Shown: positions 1-10,555 of the stretch, piece by piece | Numbering within the stretch: position 1 is the stretch's first letter | Layout of the letters: the number at the start of each line of letters is the position of its first letter | Assembly: GCF_023585785.1 (NCBI RefSeq) | Contig: NZ_CP097765.1 | Location: 480,001 to 512,000 of the forward strand | Source: Blochmannia endosymbiont of Camponotus modoc | Lineage (GTDB): Bacteria; Pseudomonadota; Gammaproteobacteria; Enterobacterales; Enterobacteriaceae | Reading direction: 5' to 3' | Length of the DNA stretch: 32,000 nucleotides | Notes under the pieces: generated by a model | The model's database searches: none | The model's input: the letters and a program-made list of their open reading frames with translations, nothing else | Told to the model about the DNA's origin: nothing | Made by a program: the position numbers and the translations under genes

Positions 1-55
1 ATATTTCTTCGCTAAAATCAGGATGTACCATAAAAACTATTTCATAATAACGCAT
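1..55 (-). CDS. rpsF: 30S ribosomal protein S6, first 18 codons only (gene runs off the left edge)
   Basis: The reverse strand from 55 reads ATG CGT TAT TAT GAA ATA GTT TTT ATG GTA CAT CCT GAT TTT AGC GAA GAA = MRYYEIVFMVHPDFSEE. This matches the E. coli S6 N-terminus MRHYEIVFMVHPDQSEQ. An AAGGA Shine-Dalgarno (65-69) lies 9 nt upstream. Confidence 0.8.
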   Translation of the reverse strand, partial: MRYYEIVFMVHPDFSEEI

Positions 56-227
56 ATATTATTTTCCTTTCATTGTCAATCTTCCACTTGTATTGAAAGT
101 AACAACATTCTTAAAAAATTATAGATATTTATATTTTTACGTGTTTATCCTTAAATAATTTTTTATATAAATTCTCAAACTTCATCTTCTATGAAGCAGA
201 CCATACCATATATGATGTCAATCATCA

Positions 228-971
228 TTATTTATATTGCCAACGCTGTCTTAATGCTTCAAACAAACATATTCCTGTAGCTACTGAGACATTAAGCGAT
301 GTCGCAACTCCTAACATTGGGATAGTAACTAATTCATCGCATTTTTTCTGAGTCAGATAACGAATACCATTCCCCTCGGAACCCATTACAAAAGCTAACG
401 GCCTAATTAATTTGCTGTTAAAAATTAGACGTTGTGATTGCATTACAGTGCCAATAATCCAGATATTATATTTTTTAAGTAATTGTAACGTTCTAATTAA
501 ATTAGTTACTTGCATAAAAGGTATATTATCTACAGATCCACTGGCCACTTTTCTAACCGTTCCATTTAAACATGCTGAACGATTACGTGGTGCAATGACT
601 ATGTGTGCCCCGGCTGCATCTGCAGATCTCAAACATGCACCCAAATTATGTGGATCAGTCACTCCATCTAATATCACTAATAATGGGGTAGTTTTACATT
701 GCTTTAAGAAATCCGGTAAATCATTTTCTTTTATACAATCATTGGGAACTATTTTAACAACAATACCTTGATGCAACGCACCTTGCGTTTGAATATCTAA
801 CTGTCGACGACTACATTCTCGAATGCTAATTCGACGTTGTTTTATTTGATCAATTAACAATTTCAAACGCAAATCTTTAGATTTCTGCATAATACATACA
901 GACAAAATTCGATGTGAATAATTATCTAAAACTGATTTTACTGCATGTATGCCGTATACTAATTCACTCAT
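228..971 (-). CDS. rlmB: 23S rRNA (guanosine-2'-O)-methyltransferase RlmB (SpoU/TrmH family)
   Basis: 247-aa ORF. The N-terminus MSELVYGIHAV and the blocks LVILDGVTDPHNLGACLRSADAAG and SLNVSVATGICLFEA are colinear with E. coli RlmB. It sits next to rpsF and purA as in the E. coli neighbourhood. Confidence 0.92.
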   Translation of the reverse strand: MSELVYGIHAVKSVLDNYSHRILSVCIMQKSKDLRLKLLIDQIKQRRISIRECSRRQLDIQTQGALHQGIVVKIVPNDCIKENDLPDFLKQCKTTPLLVILDGVTDPHNLGACLRSADAAGAHIVIAPRNRSACLNGTVRKVASGSVDNIPFMQVTNLIRTLQLLKKYNIWIIGTVMQSQRLIFNSKLIRPLAFVMGSEGNGIRYLTQKKCDELVTIPMLGVATSLNVSVATGICLFEALRQRWQYK

Positions 972-1200
972 TTCATTTATTAAAATAATTACTTCAACAT
1001 ACAGTATTGCAATAAATTTTTAAAGTATTCCATATACTATTATTATGAGAGTCATCAATTTAAATATAACTAAGATGATTTATTTAAATATTTTATTTAT
1101 CGTAACCGTATTTCTAATACAATTAGAAATATAACTTAATATTTATTTACCACACAAATAATCCTCTATTCAAAATAAGGTATCAATTTCTTCATATCAA

Positions 1201-2502
<1,302 letters not shown>

Positions 2503-2652
2503 TTAAAGTCGCCTATTAATTCAAATTAACTATTTGTGATAAAATTAAATATATAATTTCTATGGCATACACCATATATAATATACATTCTATACATCTA
2601 CATATCAAACATAAGGAATAATAACTATCCAAGAATATACTTAACTACATCA

Positions 2653-3681
2653 TTAATTATTAAGCCCGGTAATACTTTTTGGTGATTTCATAAAACGTAA
2701 AAAATCAGTTTCTGCGCTTAACACCATAAGATCATTATTGTTTTTCTTAAAACTATTCTCATATGCACGTAAGGTACGTACTAAAACATAAAATGAAGGA
2801 TCTTCATTAAAAGTAGTAGCATATAGTTTAGCTGTTTCTGCGTCAGCTTCACCCCGAATGATCAATGACTGACGTTTAGCCTCAGCTAGAGTACGTGTTA
2901 CTTCATAATCTGCTGTAGCACGTAATTTTTCTGCTTCTTCTCGTCCCTGTGATCTATGACGTCTAGCAACAGCATCACGTTCTGCACGCATACGTTGATA
3001 AATTGCATCAGACACTTCTGTTGGTAAATTAATTTGCTTAATTCGTACATCCACTATCTCAATACCCAATGCAGCCATACTGTTTGGATTAACCAAATCA
3101 GAAACACGATATTGTTCTTGCATTGACGAGTCATAATTTTTCGAATGAAAATTAAATTTTTTAATGTTATTATTAAAATGAGATCCTGATACTTCCTCTC
3201 CTGAAGTTCCATGATTTAACGATGCACGTACATCGGTCATTAATTTATTTCGAGAATCTGTCACAATACCTTGAACATTCAATCTCCCTAATTCTGAACG
3301 TAAACGATCGGAAAATTTTCTCTTTATCAGTACTTCTGCTTGACAAATATCACCCCCTCCTGTTGCTAAATAATATCGACTCAAATCGCTAATACGCCAT
3401 TTTACATAAGAATCAATAATCAAATCCTTTTTTTCCATAGTAACAAAGCGATCTGCTTGATTGTCCATAGTCTGAATACGTGAATCTAAAATTTTTATTG
3501 TCTCAATAAATGGAATTTTTATATGCAATCCTGGATTGTAAATTAATGAATTGTTATCTGCATCGCGTAATACTTTTCCAAAACGCAATATAATACCCTT
3601 ATGCCCTTCTTCTATTGTAAATAAAGAAAAAAATAATACTATTATTACACATATAAAAAATGAAAAAAAATTTCGTATCAT
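2653..3681 (-). CDS. hflC: FtsH modulator HflC (SPFH/band-7 protein)
   Basis: 342-aa ORF with an N-terminal transmembrane segment followed by an SPFH domain. Its ATG directly abuts the hflK stop (TAGATG, 3679-3684), the usual hflK-hflC arrangement. Confidence 0.93.
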   Translation of the reverse strand: MIRNFFSFFICVIIVLFFSLFTIEEGHKGIILRFGKVLRDADNNSLIYNPGLHIKIPFIETIKILDSRIQTMDNQADRFVTMEKKDLIIDSYVKWRISDLSRYYLATGGGDICQAEVLIKRKFSDRLRSELGRLNVQGIVTDSRNKLMTDVRASLNHGTSGEEVSGSHFNNNIKKFNFHSKNYDSSMQEQYRVSDLVNPNSMAALGIEIVDVRIKQINLPTEVSDAIYQRMRAERDAVARRHRSQGREEAEKLRATADYEVTRTLAEAKRQSLIIRGEADAETAKLYATTFNEDPSFYVLVRTLRAYENSFKKNNNDLMVLSAETDFLRFMKSPKSITGLNN

Positions 3682-4992
3682 CTACGACTCTCTCCCTTTG
3701 CGCGCAATATCAACACGTTGTATATTAGCCTGTCTTTGGTCTAATACTTTTTCTTTAGGTATAGAATTTGCATGACGAGACAGACGGCTACTTTTTGATA
3801 TTAACTGCGCATTATTCATGTTAGCATCACTATTAGCACATATTTGATTTAAGTTTAAAGCGTCATCAGTATTATCAATACTATCAGAATATACAATATC
3901 ATTGTTATCTTTAATCTGTTTTAATTGACCTGAAGGTAGTAATAGTACATTCTGTGTATCTTTTGAATTTACAAATATTTTTCTAGTATTGCTTAACACA
4001 CGCTCCATGGAATTAATATATAATCGATCACGAGTAATTTCAGGAGCTGCTTTATATTCTGGCAAAATTTTAGTAAATCTTTGTACTTCACCTTGCGCTT
4101 CCAAGATAGTACGTGCTTTATACGCACGACCTTCCTCTAAAATACGTTGCGCGTGTCCATTGGCGCGTGGTTGTACTTCATTGGCATAAGCTTCAGCCTC
4201 TCGAATATATTGTTGTTCATTTTCTCGGGCGGCAATAGCATCATCAAACGCTGCTTTTACCTCTTCTGGGGGGCGAGCTGTTTGAAAGTTTACATCTAAT
4301 AAAGTAATACCCATATTATAAGGGTGTATCGTTTTTTCTAACACTCTTCGAGTATCACTACGTACCACCGTACGTCCTTCTGTTAAAATACGATCCATAT
4401 TATATTTCCCAATAACTCCACGCAAAGCACTATCAGTAGCTTGACGCAAACTATCGTCAGCATCAATAACGTTAAATAAATAGTTTTTTGGATCAGTTAC
4501 ACGGTACTGTACATTCATCTCTACTCGAACTACATTTTCATCTGAAGTCAACATCATACCAGAAGCTGCTAATTCACGTACTGATTCTACATTTACTGGA
4601 ATTACAACATCAAAAAAAGTAGGCTTCCAATTTAAACCTGGTTGTACTAAATGATGATATTTTCCAAATCTTAAAACTACCCCGCGTTCTGCTTCTTTAA
4701 TCGTGTACAAACCACTAATAATCCACGCAAAAACAACAATAATTAACATTAAAATTATAAAAATGCTTTTATTTTTAGGAAATTTTTCTGAATCTTTATT
4801 TTTCTTGCTAAATATATTTAATTTATTAGTTATTTTATCCAAATATTTATCCGAATCTAATATATTAAATTCAGATTTATTCTTATCTTCAATAGAAGAA
4901 CGATCTACATCATTCTTATCATGATGTCCCCATGGATCATGAATATATTTATAGTTATTAAGATAATTACAAATCATATTTTCCTCACACAT
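3682..4992 (-). CDS. hflK: FtsH modulator HflK (SPFH/band-7 protein)
   Basis: 436-aa ORF. The blocks ERGVVLRFGKYHHLVQPGLNWKPTF and ARPPEEVKAAFDDAIAARENEQQYIREAEAY are near-identical to E. coli HflK. The N- and C-terminal low-complexity tails have diverged. Confidence 0.94.
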   Translation of the reverse strand: MCEENMICNYLNNYKYIHDPWGHHDKNDVDRSSIEDKNKSEFNILDSDKYLDKITNKLNIFSKKNKDSEKFPKNKSIFIILMLIIVVFAWIISGLYTIKEAERGVVLRFGKYHHLVQPGLNWKPTFFDVVIPVNVESVRELAASGMMLTSDENVVRVEMNVQYRVTDPKNYLFNVIDADDSLRQATDSALRGVIGKYNMDRILTEGRTVVRSDTRRVLEKTIHPYNMGITLLDVNFQTARPPEEVKAAFDDAIAARENEQQYIREAEAYANEVQPRANGHAQRILEEGRAYKARTILEAQGEVQRFTKILPEYKAAPEITRDRLYINSMERVLSNTRKIFVNSKDTQNVLLLPSGQLKQIKDNNDIVYSDSIDNTDDALNLNQICANSDANMNNAQLISKSSRLSRHANSIPKEKVLDQRQANIQRVDIARKGRES

Positions 4993-5033
4993 TATATGAG
5001 TGATCTATATATATTCCCTTTGTTTTAAAAATA

Positions 5034-6320
5034 TTAAATAATATAATCTATCAATAATTTATTATTTTTTAATAAACGACCCCAATTTACAGAAGATAAA
5101 TATATTTTTAACCTAATATAATTATGATCTTCAACCCAATATTGTTTAACAACTTGTAGTTTATATAACTTCTCACATAAACCGTTACTTATAGGCATTC
5201 GTAATTCATAAGAAATCATATAGTTTGATAGCAATTCATTAATAGCTTGTACCAATAAAGAAAGACCTAAACTATTTTGAGCTGATATCCAGACCCGTAT
5301 TGGACAACCATGATTATCTCGGTCAATACGTGGCACTATTTTTTTTAATTGATCTATCTTATTCATCACCAAAATCCTTGGAACATTATGAACGCTCAAA
5401 TTACTTAAAATACAATGTACCGTGTTAATATTTTGTTCAAATCTTTCATCAGCAACGTCTACAACGTGTAATAATAGAGTTGCTTGTACTGTTTCTTGTA
5501 AAGTCGCCTTAAAAGAAGATATTAAACCGCGTGGTAAATTTTGAATAAAACCTACCGTGTCTGTTAATATAACATCATGTACACCTTTGTATACAATACG
5601 TCTACTTGTAGGATCGAGAGTGGCAAACAGTTTCGATGATGTATACACATGTGATGCGGTCATTGTGTTAAATAAAGTAGATTTTCCAGCATTTGTATAT
5701 CCTACTAAAGAAACAGTAGGTACCCCAATTCTAACACGATGTCGTCTACCCTGTTCCCGTTGATTTTCTATTTTTTTTAGACGCAATAAAATTTGGTTCA
5801 TCTCCTTACGTAATAAACGGCGATCACTTTCTAATTGCATCTCTCCCGCTCCCCCTCGTAAACCAATACCTCCTTTTTGGCGCTCAAGATGACTCCATTC
5901 ATGTACTAAACGAGAATTTAAATGCCTCAGTTGAGCTAATTTCACCTGTAACTTACCTTCGTACGTACGTGCACGTTGCGCAAAAATGTTGAGAATCAGT
6001 TGATTCCTATCAATTATCTTGCATTTCAATAAACACATAAGATTCCGTTCTTGATGAGGAGATAAAATACAATTGAACAACACAATAGATACAGAATGAT
6101 TTCTAATCATTCGTTCAAGTTCTAATGTTTTTCCGATCCCGATAAAATATTTAGCGTTACAAGTTTTACAATTACTAGTAAGAATATTCAACACCTCCAT
6201 ACCTGCTGTAGATGCCAAAGATAAAAATTCCTGTAAATTGAAATTTTCATTTTGTTTTTTTGTAGCAAAAAAAGTATGGACTAAAATAGATTGATTATCC
6301 GAATAACCTGAATCACACAA
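5034..6320 (-). CDS. hflX: ribosome-associated GTPase HflX
   Basis: 428-aa ORF with a TTG start and GGAG about 10 nt upstream. G-motifs GYTNAGKST, DTVGF and NKID are present. The block IFAQRARTYEGKLQVKLAQLRHL matches E. coli HflX. Confidence 0.94.
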   Translation of the reverse strand: MCDSGYSDNQSILVHTFFATKKQNENFNLQEFLSLASTAGMEVLNILTSNCKTCNAKYFIGIGKTLELERMIRNHSVSIVLFNCILSPHQERNLMCLLKCKIIDRNQLILNIFAQRARTYEGKLQVKLAQLRHLNSRLVHEWSHLERQKGGIGLRGGAGEMQLESDRRLLRKEMNQILLRLKKIENQREQGRRHRVRIGVPTVSLVGYTNAGKSTLFNTMTASHVYTSSKLFATLDPTSRRIVYKGVHDVILTDTVGFIQNLPRGLISSFKATLQETVQATLLLHVVDVADERFEQNINTVHCILSNLSVHNVPRILVMNKIDQLKKIVPRIDRDNHGCPIRVWISAQNSLGLSLLVQAINELLSNYMISYELRMPISNGLCEKLYKLQVVKQYWVEDHNYIRLKIYLSSVNWGRLLKNNKLLIDYII

Positions 6321-6473
6321 TAAAAGTTACTCCACAAATAAGTTATACATATATAATCACATACGATGAAGTTATCACACATTTTATAGTATATCATACT
6401 TAATAGTATTCGGTAATACTACATTTAATACATAATCATACTTTAAAAATTAAAAAGTCTCTGAAACAAACGA

Positions 6474-6725
6474 TCAGAATGTAGTGTGATTGCCAGAACG
6501 ACCAACATAATATGAAACAACACGGGAAGGAACAATAGTAGATATAGCATGCTTATAAATCATTTGATTCACTGTATTTCTTAACAAAATCACAAATTTA
6601 TCAAAAGACTCAATTTCTCCTTGTAATTTAATACCGTTTACCAAATAAATAAAAACCGGAACGCGCTCACGACGCAATACGTTTAAAAATGGATCTTGTA
6701 ATGATTGAACTTTGTGCATTTTCAA
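6474..6725 (-). CDS. hfq: RNA chaperone Hfq (short C-terminal tail)
   Basis: 83-aa ORF. The Sm1/Sm2 core [41 protein letters not shown]...[10 protein letters not shown] is nearly identical to E. coli Hfq. The disordered C-terminal tail is largely missing. Confidence 0.95.
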   Translation of the reverse strand: MKMHKVQSLQDPFLNVLRRERVPVFIYLVNGIKLQGEIESFDKFVILLRNTVNQMIYKHAISTIVPSRVVSYYVGRSGNHTTF

Positions 6726-6803
6726 TTTCCTTAAAAATTAATTTTATATTATTCTAAACGGTCCAAATAAAGCAGATAACTTCAAATTTAATTTTTTAAA
6801 ATT

Positions 6804-7724
6804 TTATATATTAGATGAATTTTCAATTAATATCTTCGATATACTATCAGTTGCATCAGATAAATTATCACTATCTAACCAACATAAATTCGGCCATCTA
6901 CGCAGCCAGGTTAATTGTCGTTTCGCAAGTTGACGAGTAGCACAAATTCCTTTAATTATCATCTGATTATAGTTAATATCACCAGACAAATACTCCCACA
7001 TTTGACGATAACCTACACAAGAAATGGACGATTTTACTTTTTTTGTATGCAAATCAGATCGATTAAATAATCTGATAACTTCATCTTCAAATCCGATATC
7101 TAACATTCTATGGAAACGTTTCTCAATTCGTTTATGCAATAAATCACGACTTGATGGAACAATAGCAAATTGATGAAATCGATATTTCAGTTTTTGACTA
7201 TTAATTAGTTTTAATTCTGTCCATGTTTTGCCAGAAATAAAAAAAATTTCTAATGCTCGGATTATTCTCTTGTGATCATTTAAATGAATTTTGTTGGCCG
7301 AAATCGGATCAATATGTTTTAATAAATTGTGTATATTTATCCATCCCGTTCTTTTTGCTTCATATTCCAGATCATCACGAATTTTTTGGTTAGTTGCTGG
7401 TAAAAAAAACAACCCTTCTAGCAGAGTTTTAAAATATAACATTGTTCCACCCACCAACAAAGGTGTATGTTCAGACTGTATAATGTTTTCCATTTCATTA
7501 TCCGCATCACGATAAAAATCTGCCGCTGAATAACATTCAACTGGATCGAGAATATCTATCAATTTATGCGGAGCTAGTTTTAATTCTTCAGGAATAGGTT
7601 TAGCTGTACCGATATCCATATCACGATATATCGAAGCCGAATCAACGCTGATAATGTCTATTTTTTCTTTTCTTTTTTTTAAAGCTATAGCTAAACTTGT
7701 TTTTCCAGAAGCTGTAGGACCCAT
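6804..7724 (-). CDS. miaA: tRNA dimethylallyltransferase MiaA. Coordinates are given to the first ATG. The true start is probably the ATT at 7754 (see findings).
   Basis: The 306-aa ORF begins exactly at the P-loop (MGPTASGKT). The in-frame upstream codons encode ...KHQPLAIFL, matching E. coli [14 protein letters not shown]. An AAGGGAG Shine-Dalgarno lies at 7761-7767. Confidence 0.92.
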   Translation of the reverse strand: MGPTASGKTSLAIALKKRKEKIDIISVDSASIYRDMDIGTAKPIPEELKLAPHKLIDILDPVECYSAADFYRDADNEMENIIQSEHTPLLVGGTMLYFKTLLEGLFFLPATNQKIRDDLEYEAKRTGWINIHNLLKHIDPISANKIHLNDHKRIIRALEIFFISGKTWTELKLINSQKLKYRFHQFAIVPSSRDLLHKRIEKRFHRMLDIGFEDEVIRLFNRSDLHTKKVKSSISCVGYRQMWEYLSGDINYNQMIIKGICATRQLAKRQLTWLRRWPNLCWLDSDNLSDATDSISKILIENSSNI

Positions 7725-7984
7725 TAAAAATATAGCTAATGGCTGATGTTTAATAAAATTCTCCCTTAATTATATAAAATCAAAAATGTTATTACCTGAA
7801 ATCATTTCTATAATTTATCAAAAATTCAATTATTTCGAGACACATATTCACTCTTATATATATAAATATATGCAATAAATATTAATAATTATTGCTGAAA
7901 AAGACTGAATGTATAATAACTTATTTAATATAATAATTGTTGCTTTTTTATTTATTAATTTACAGTAAATACATTTTTTTAAGA

Positions 7985-9253
7985 TTATGAATGATCTAAT
8001 AATTTTTGTTGTGACATTATGAAATAAGAACGTAAGCCTTTGTACAAAGCATTAGCTATTTTTTCTTGATATCCACTACTAACCAACAGAAATTCGTCTT
8101 TTACATTACTAATAAATCCAGTCTCTACTAAAATAGACGGAATATCAGGAGATCGTAATATACCAAAACTAGAATACTCAGGTATATCCTTATGTAAAGG
8201 AGTAATATTTTTTAATTGACGTAAAACATGTGCTGCAATATCATACCCTGCTCGTTGAGCGTAACCAAATTGCAAATCTAAAACTAAATGATTAAAATAC
8301 GGATCACTATGATCACTGGTCAGTATATCTCCCAATCCTCCCAATAACTCTGCGTGTTTCTCACTACGTTGTAGCCAATGTATCATTTCACTTTTAGCAC
8401 GACGATTCGATAACACCCAAATTGACGCCCCTCTAACATTAGTATTTAAAGCAGAATCTGCATGAATAGACACTAATACATTTGCTTCTCTTTTTCGAGC
8501 CAAATTAGAGCGTTCCATGACCGATAGAAAATAGTCCCCATCCCGAATCATAACAGCTTTAAAACTCGGGTCTAAATCCAATAATATTTTTAGTTTTTTA
8601 GCTATGTTAATTGTAATATTTTTTTCATATATTCCATGGAGACCTGTAGCTCCTGGATCCTGCCCTCCATGTCCAGCATCTATAGCTACAATAATAGGAG
8701 ATAATATCTTATTGTGATTCTGATTTTTTCTAAATTGCGTATCTATTACTTTCTTTTGATTATTTATCACTTGACCTGAATTAACACGAATTTTACTATG
8801 TATAACGGGTGATGTTTTGCGAGTATTTACCTCAGGAATAGTAAATTTTTTTTTCAAAATTGTTAATATAATACAATAATGTTCTTTTATTTGTTTTTGT
8901 GTTACTGTTCCTATGTCTGAAGGAGAAGTTAGATCTAATACTATGCGTATACTTTGGTGATTCAGAGATGTATTTGTTCGAATGCACTTAACTAAATTAG
9001 TACCATTAAAATTTATTGGAAATATATTTTTTTGAACTTTAGATGTTTTTAAAAGATCTATTACAATTCTTTCCGGGTTATGTAAGGAAAATATCATATA
9101 CACAGGAACAACAACGCTATCTAATGTTACTATAGCTTGGTTTGCATTATTGGTAACAGAAATTGAACTAAGAGTTGATGCTATAACTGGTTCAACACAT
9201 AAATATCTTGAAAATATTGTCATTACGAAAATTATTTCGTATTTTAACTTCAT
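7985..9253 (-). CDS. amiB: N-acetylmuramoyl-L-alanine amidase AmiB
   Basis: The ORF is open to 9271. I prefer the ATG at 9253 because it forms an ATGA overlap with the tsaE stop codon. An AMIN-like N-terminal domain is followed by an amidase_3 domain (AIDAGHGGQDPGA, VSIHADS, VETGFISN) colinear with E. coli AmiB. Confidence 0.9.
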   Translation of the reverse strand: MKLKYEIIFVMTIFSRYLCVEPVIASTLSSISVTNNANQAIVTLDSVVVPVYMIFSLHNPERIVIDLLKTSKVQKNIFPINFNGTNLVKCIRTNTSLNHQSIRIVLDLTSPSDIGTVTQKQIKEHYCIILTILKKKFTIPEVNTRKTSPVIHSKIRVNSGQVINNQKKVIDTQFRKNQNHNKILSPIIVAIDAGHGGQDPGATGLHGIYEKNITINIAKKLKILLDLDPSFKAVMIRDGDYFLSVMERSNLARKREANVLVSIHADSALNTNVRGASIWVLSNRRAKSEMIHWLQRSEKHAELLGGLGDILTSDHSDPYFNHLVLDLQFGYAQRAGYDIAAHVLRQLKNITPLHKDIPEYSSFGILRSPDIPSILVETGFISNVKDEFLLVSSGYQEKIANALYKGLRSYFIMSQQKLLDHS

Positions 9254-9738
9254 GTGTCTAACTTCCAACATTCTAACAAAGCATCTAACATTTTGTGACC
9301 TAAATTACTAAAAGATTCTATAATGACTTGCCTAGATTCTTTACGATCATGATAATTTATCGTAACTGAAATATCTTCTTGCGGTAAAATTCCCATTCCT
9401 TGTTTTGGCCACTCTATTAAGCATACAGTACGACCATCAAAATAATCTCTAATTCCCATGTACTCCAGTTCTTCTGAAGAAATTAACCGATAAAAATCAA
9501 AATGACACACACGCCAATGTGTCAAAACATAAGATTCAATTAAAGTGTAAGTAGGACTATGTATATGGCCATTATGTCCTAATGCATGTAAAAATCCCTT
9601 ACAAAAAACAGACTTTCCTGATCCTACATGGCCATTTAAATAAATCACACAACCTTGAACACAAACAGAAGCCAAAGTCGCACCTAATGACAGAGTTTTT
9701 AATTCATCAGATAACGCCAATACATATTTCTTCATCAT
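9250..9738 (-). CDS. tsaE: tRNA t6A37 biosynthesis ATPase TsaE (YjeE)
   Basis: 162-aa ORF. The P-loop GHVGSGKS and the blocks SPTYTL, HFDFYRL and EELEYMGIRDYF are colinear with E. coli TsaE. It lies directly upstream of amiB as in E. coli. Confidence 0.9.
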   Translation of the reverse strand: MMKKYVLALSDELKTLSLGATLASVCVQGCVIYLNGHVGSGKSVFCKGFLHALGHNGHIHSPTYTLIESYVLTHWRVCHFDFYRLISSEELEYMGIRDYFDGRTVCLIEWPKQGMGILPQEDISVTINYHDRKESRQVIIESFSNLGHKMLDALLECWKLDT

Positions 9739-10320
9739 TATATAAATTTAAGATCTTATACACCAAAATGTTTTTATAAGTAAAATAATATAAGAAATCT
9801 TAACATAATCAGTTATTATTCGATTAATTTTTGTAGATACATAACAATATATATAAAACTTATATAACAAATACAAAATTACAAAAAACACTAATTACAT
9901 CTCTCTACATTAAATAAAATTTTTTAATTTTAATTAAAAATAATAATCTATACACATTTAAAACTAATTTATATTACTATAGATTATACCAGAAAATGAT
10001 TTACTCTTTATATCAATGTTCTAATTTGAAACAAAGAGTAAGAGCAAATAAATGTCTAATCAAATGTATTGAAAAAATCGTAGACTATACATACTCATAA
10101 GACCGAAAATAATTTTGTTATATTCGCTATCTATCAATTTGCCAAATTCATTACCGTATCAATAAATATACATGCTCAATTTATTTTTAAATAACAAACA
10201 ATTCCTGATTTATATATAATTACCCACTCTAAAATATATTAATATTATGCTTATTTTAAACTTCATTTGGAATTAAAATATATAATGGTAATCAATAATA
10301 TAAAAGCTAAATACTAAAAA

Positions 10321-10396
10321 TGGAGCGGGAAACGAGATTTGAACTCGCGACCCCAACCTTGGCAAGGTTGTGCTCTCCCAGCTGAGCTATTCCCGC
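10321..10396 (-). tRNA. glyV: tRNA-Gly (anticodon GCC), 3' CCA encoded
   Basis: The reverse complement is GCGGGAATAGCTCAGCTGGGAGAGCACAACCTTGCCAAGGTTGGGGTCGCGAGTTCAAATCTCGTTTCCCGCTCCA. It folds by hand into a cloverleaf and is nearly identical to E. coli glyV/X/Y. It sits next to orn as in E. coli. Confidence 0.97.
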
Positions 10397-10555
10397 TTAC
10401 TTTAAATAAACAAATAAAAATATTATAGTTATTTATTTCAATGACCCTACATCACATATTTAGCAACAGTTACGAACTACACCAATTAACTATTTTATTA
10501 ATTGATTTTTCTTACGCTTTCAAATAATAATCTATATTATTAATTTTATGACGCC

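Noticed and set aside
412-771. 119-aa ORF on the plus strand. The same applies to 1340-1717, 3551-3775, 5557-5763, 7291-7515, 13235-13441, 15296-15679, 17180-17401, 17498-17872, 18284-18511, 25981-26250, 26677-26946 and 31535-31810.
   Set aside because: All lie entirely antisense to, or out of frame within, well-supported conserved genes. They have no Shine-Dalgarno and show low-complexity or biased composition. These are shadow ORFs typical of the opposite strand of real genes, especially the relatively GC-richer groEL and hldE.
6726-6803. Possible heat-shock promoter upstream of hfq (TTTGAAG...GGACCGTTTAG), by analogy with the E. coli miaA-hfq sigma-32 promoters
   Set aside because: It has no CCCCAT-type -10. 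The spacing is about 19 nt and only the TTGAA half matches. This is not distinguishable from chance.
7873-7896. Imperfect hairpin GCAATAA-N10-TTATTGC downstream of amiB. Similar short AT-only stems lie at 180-196, 1109-1131, 20359-20380 and 27176-27191.
   Set aside because: These are short AT-rich stems without convincing T-tracts. Such palindromes are abundant by chance in this composition, so I do not call them terminators.
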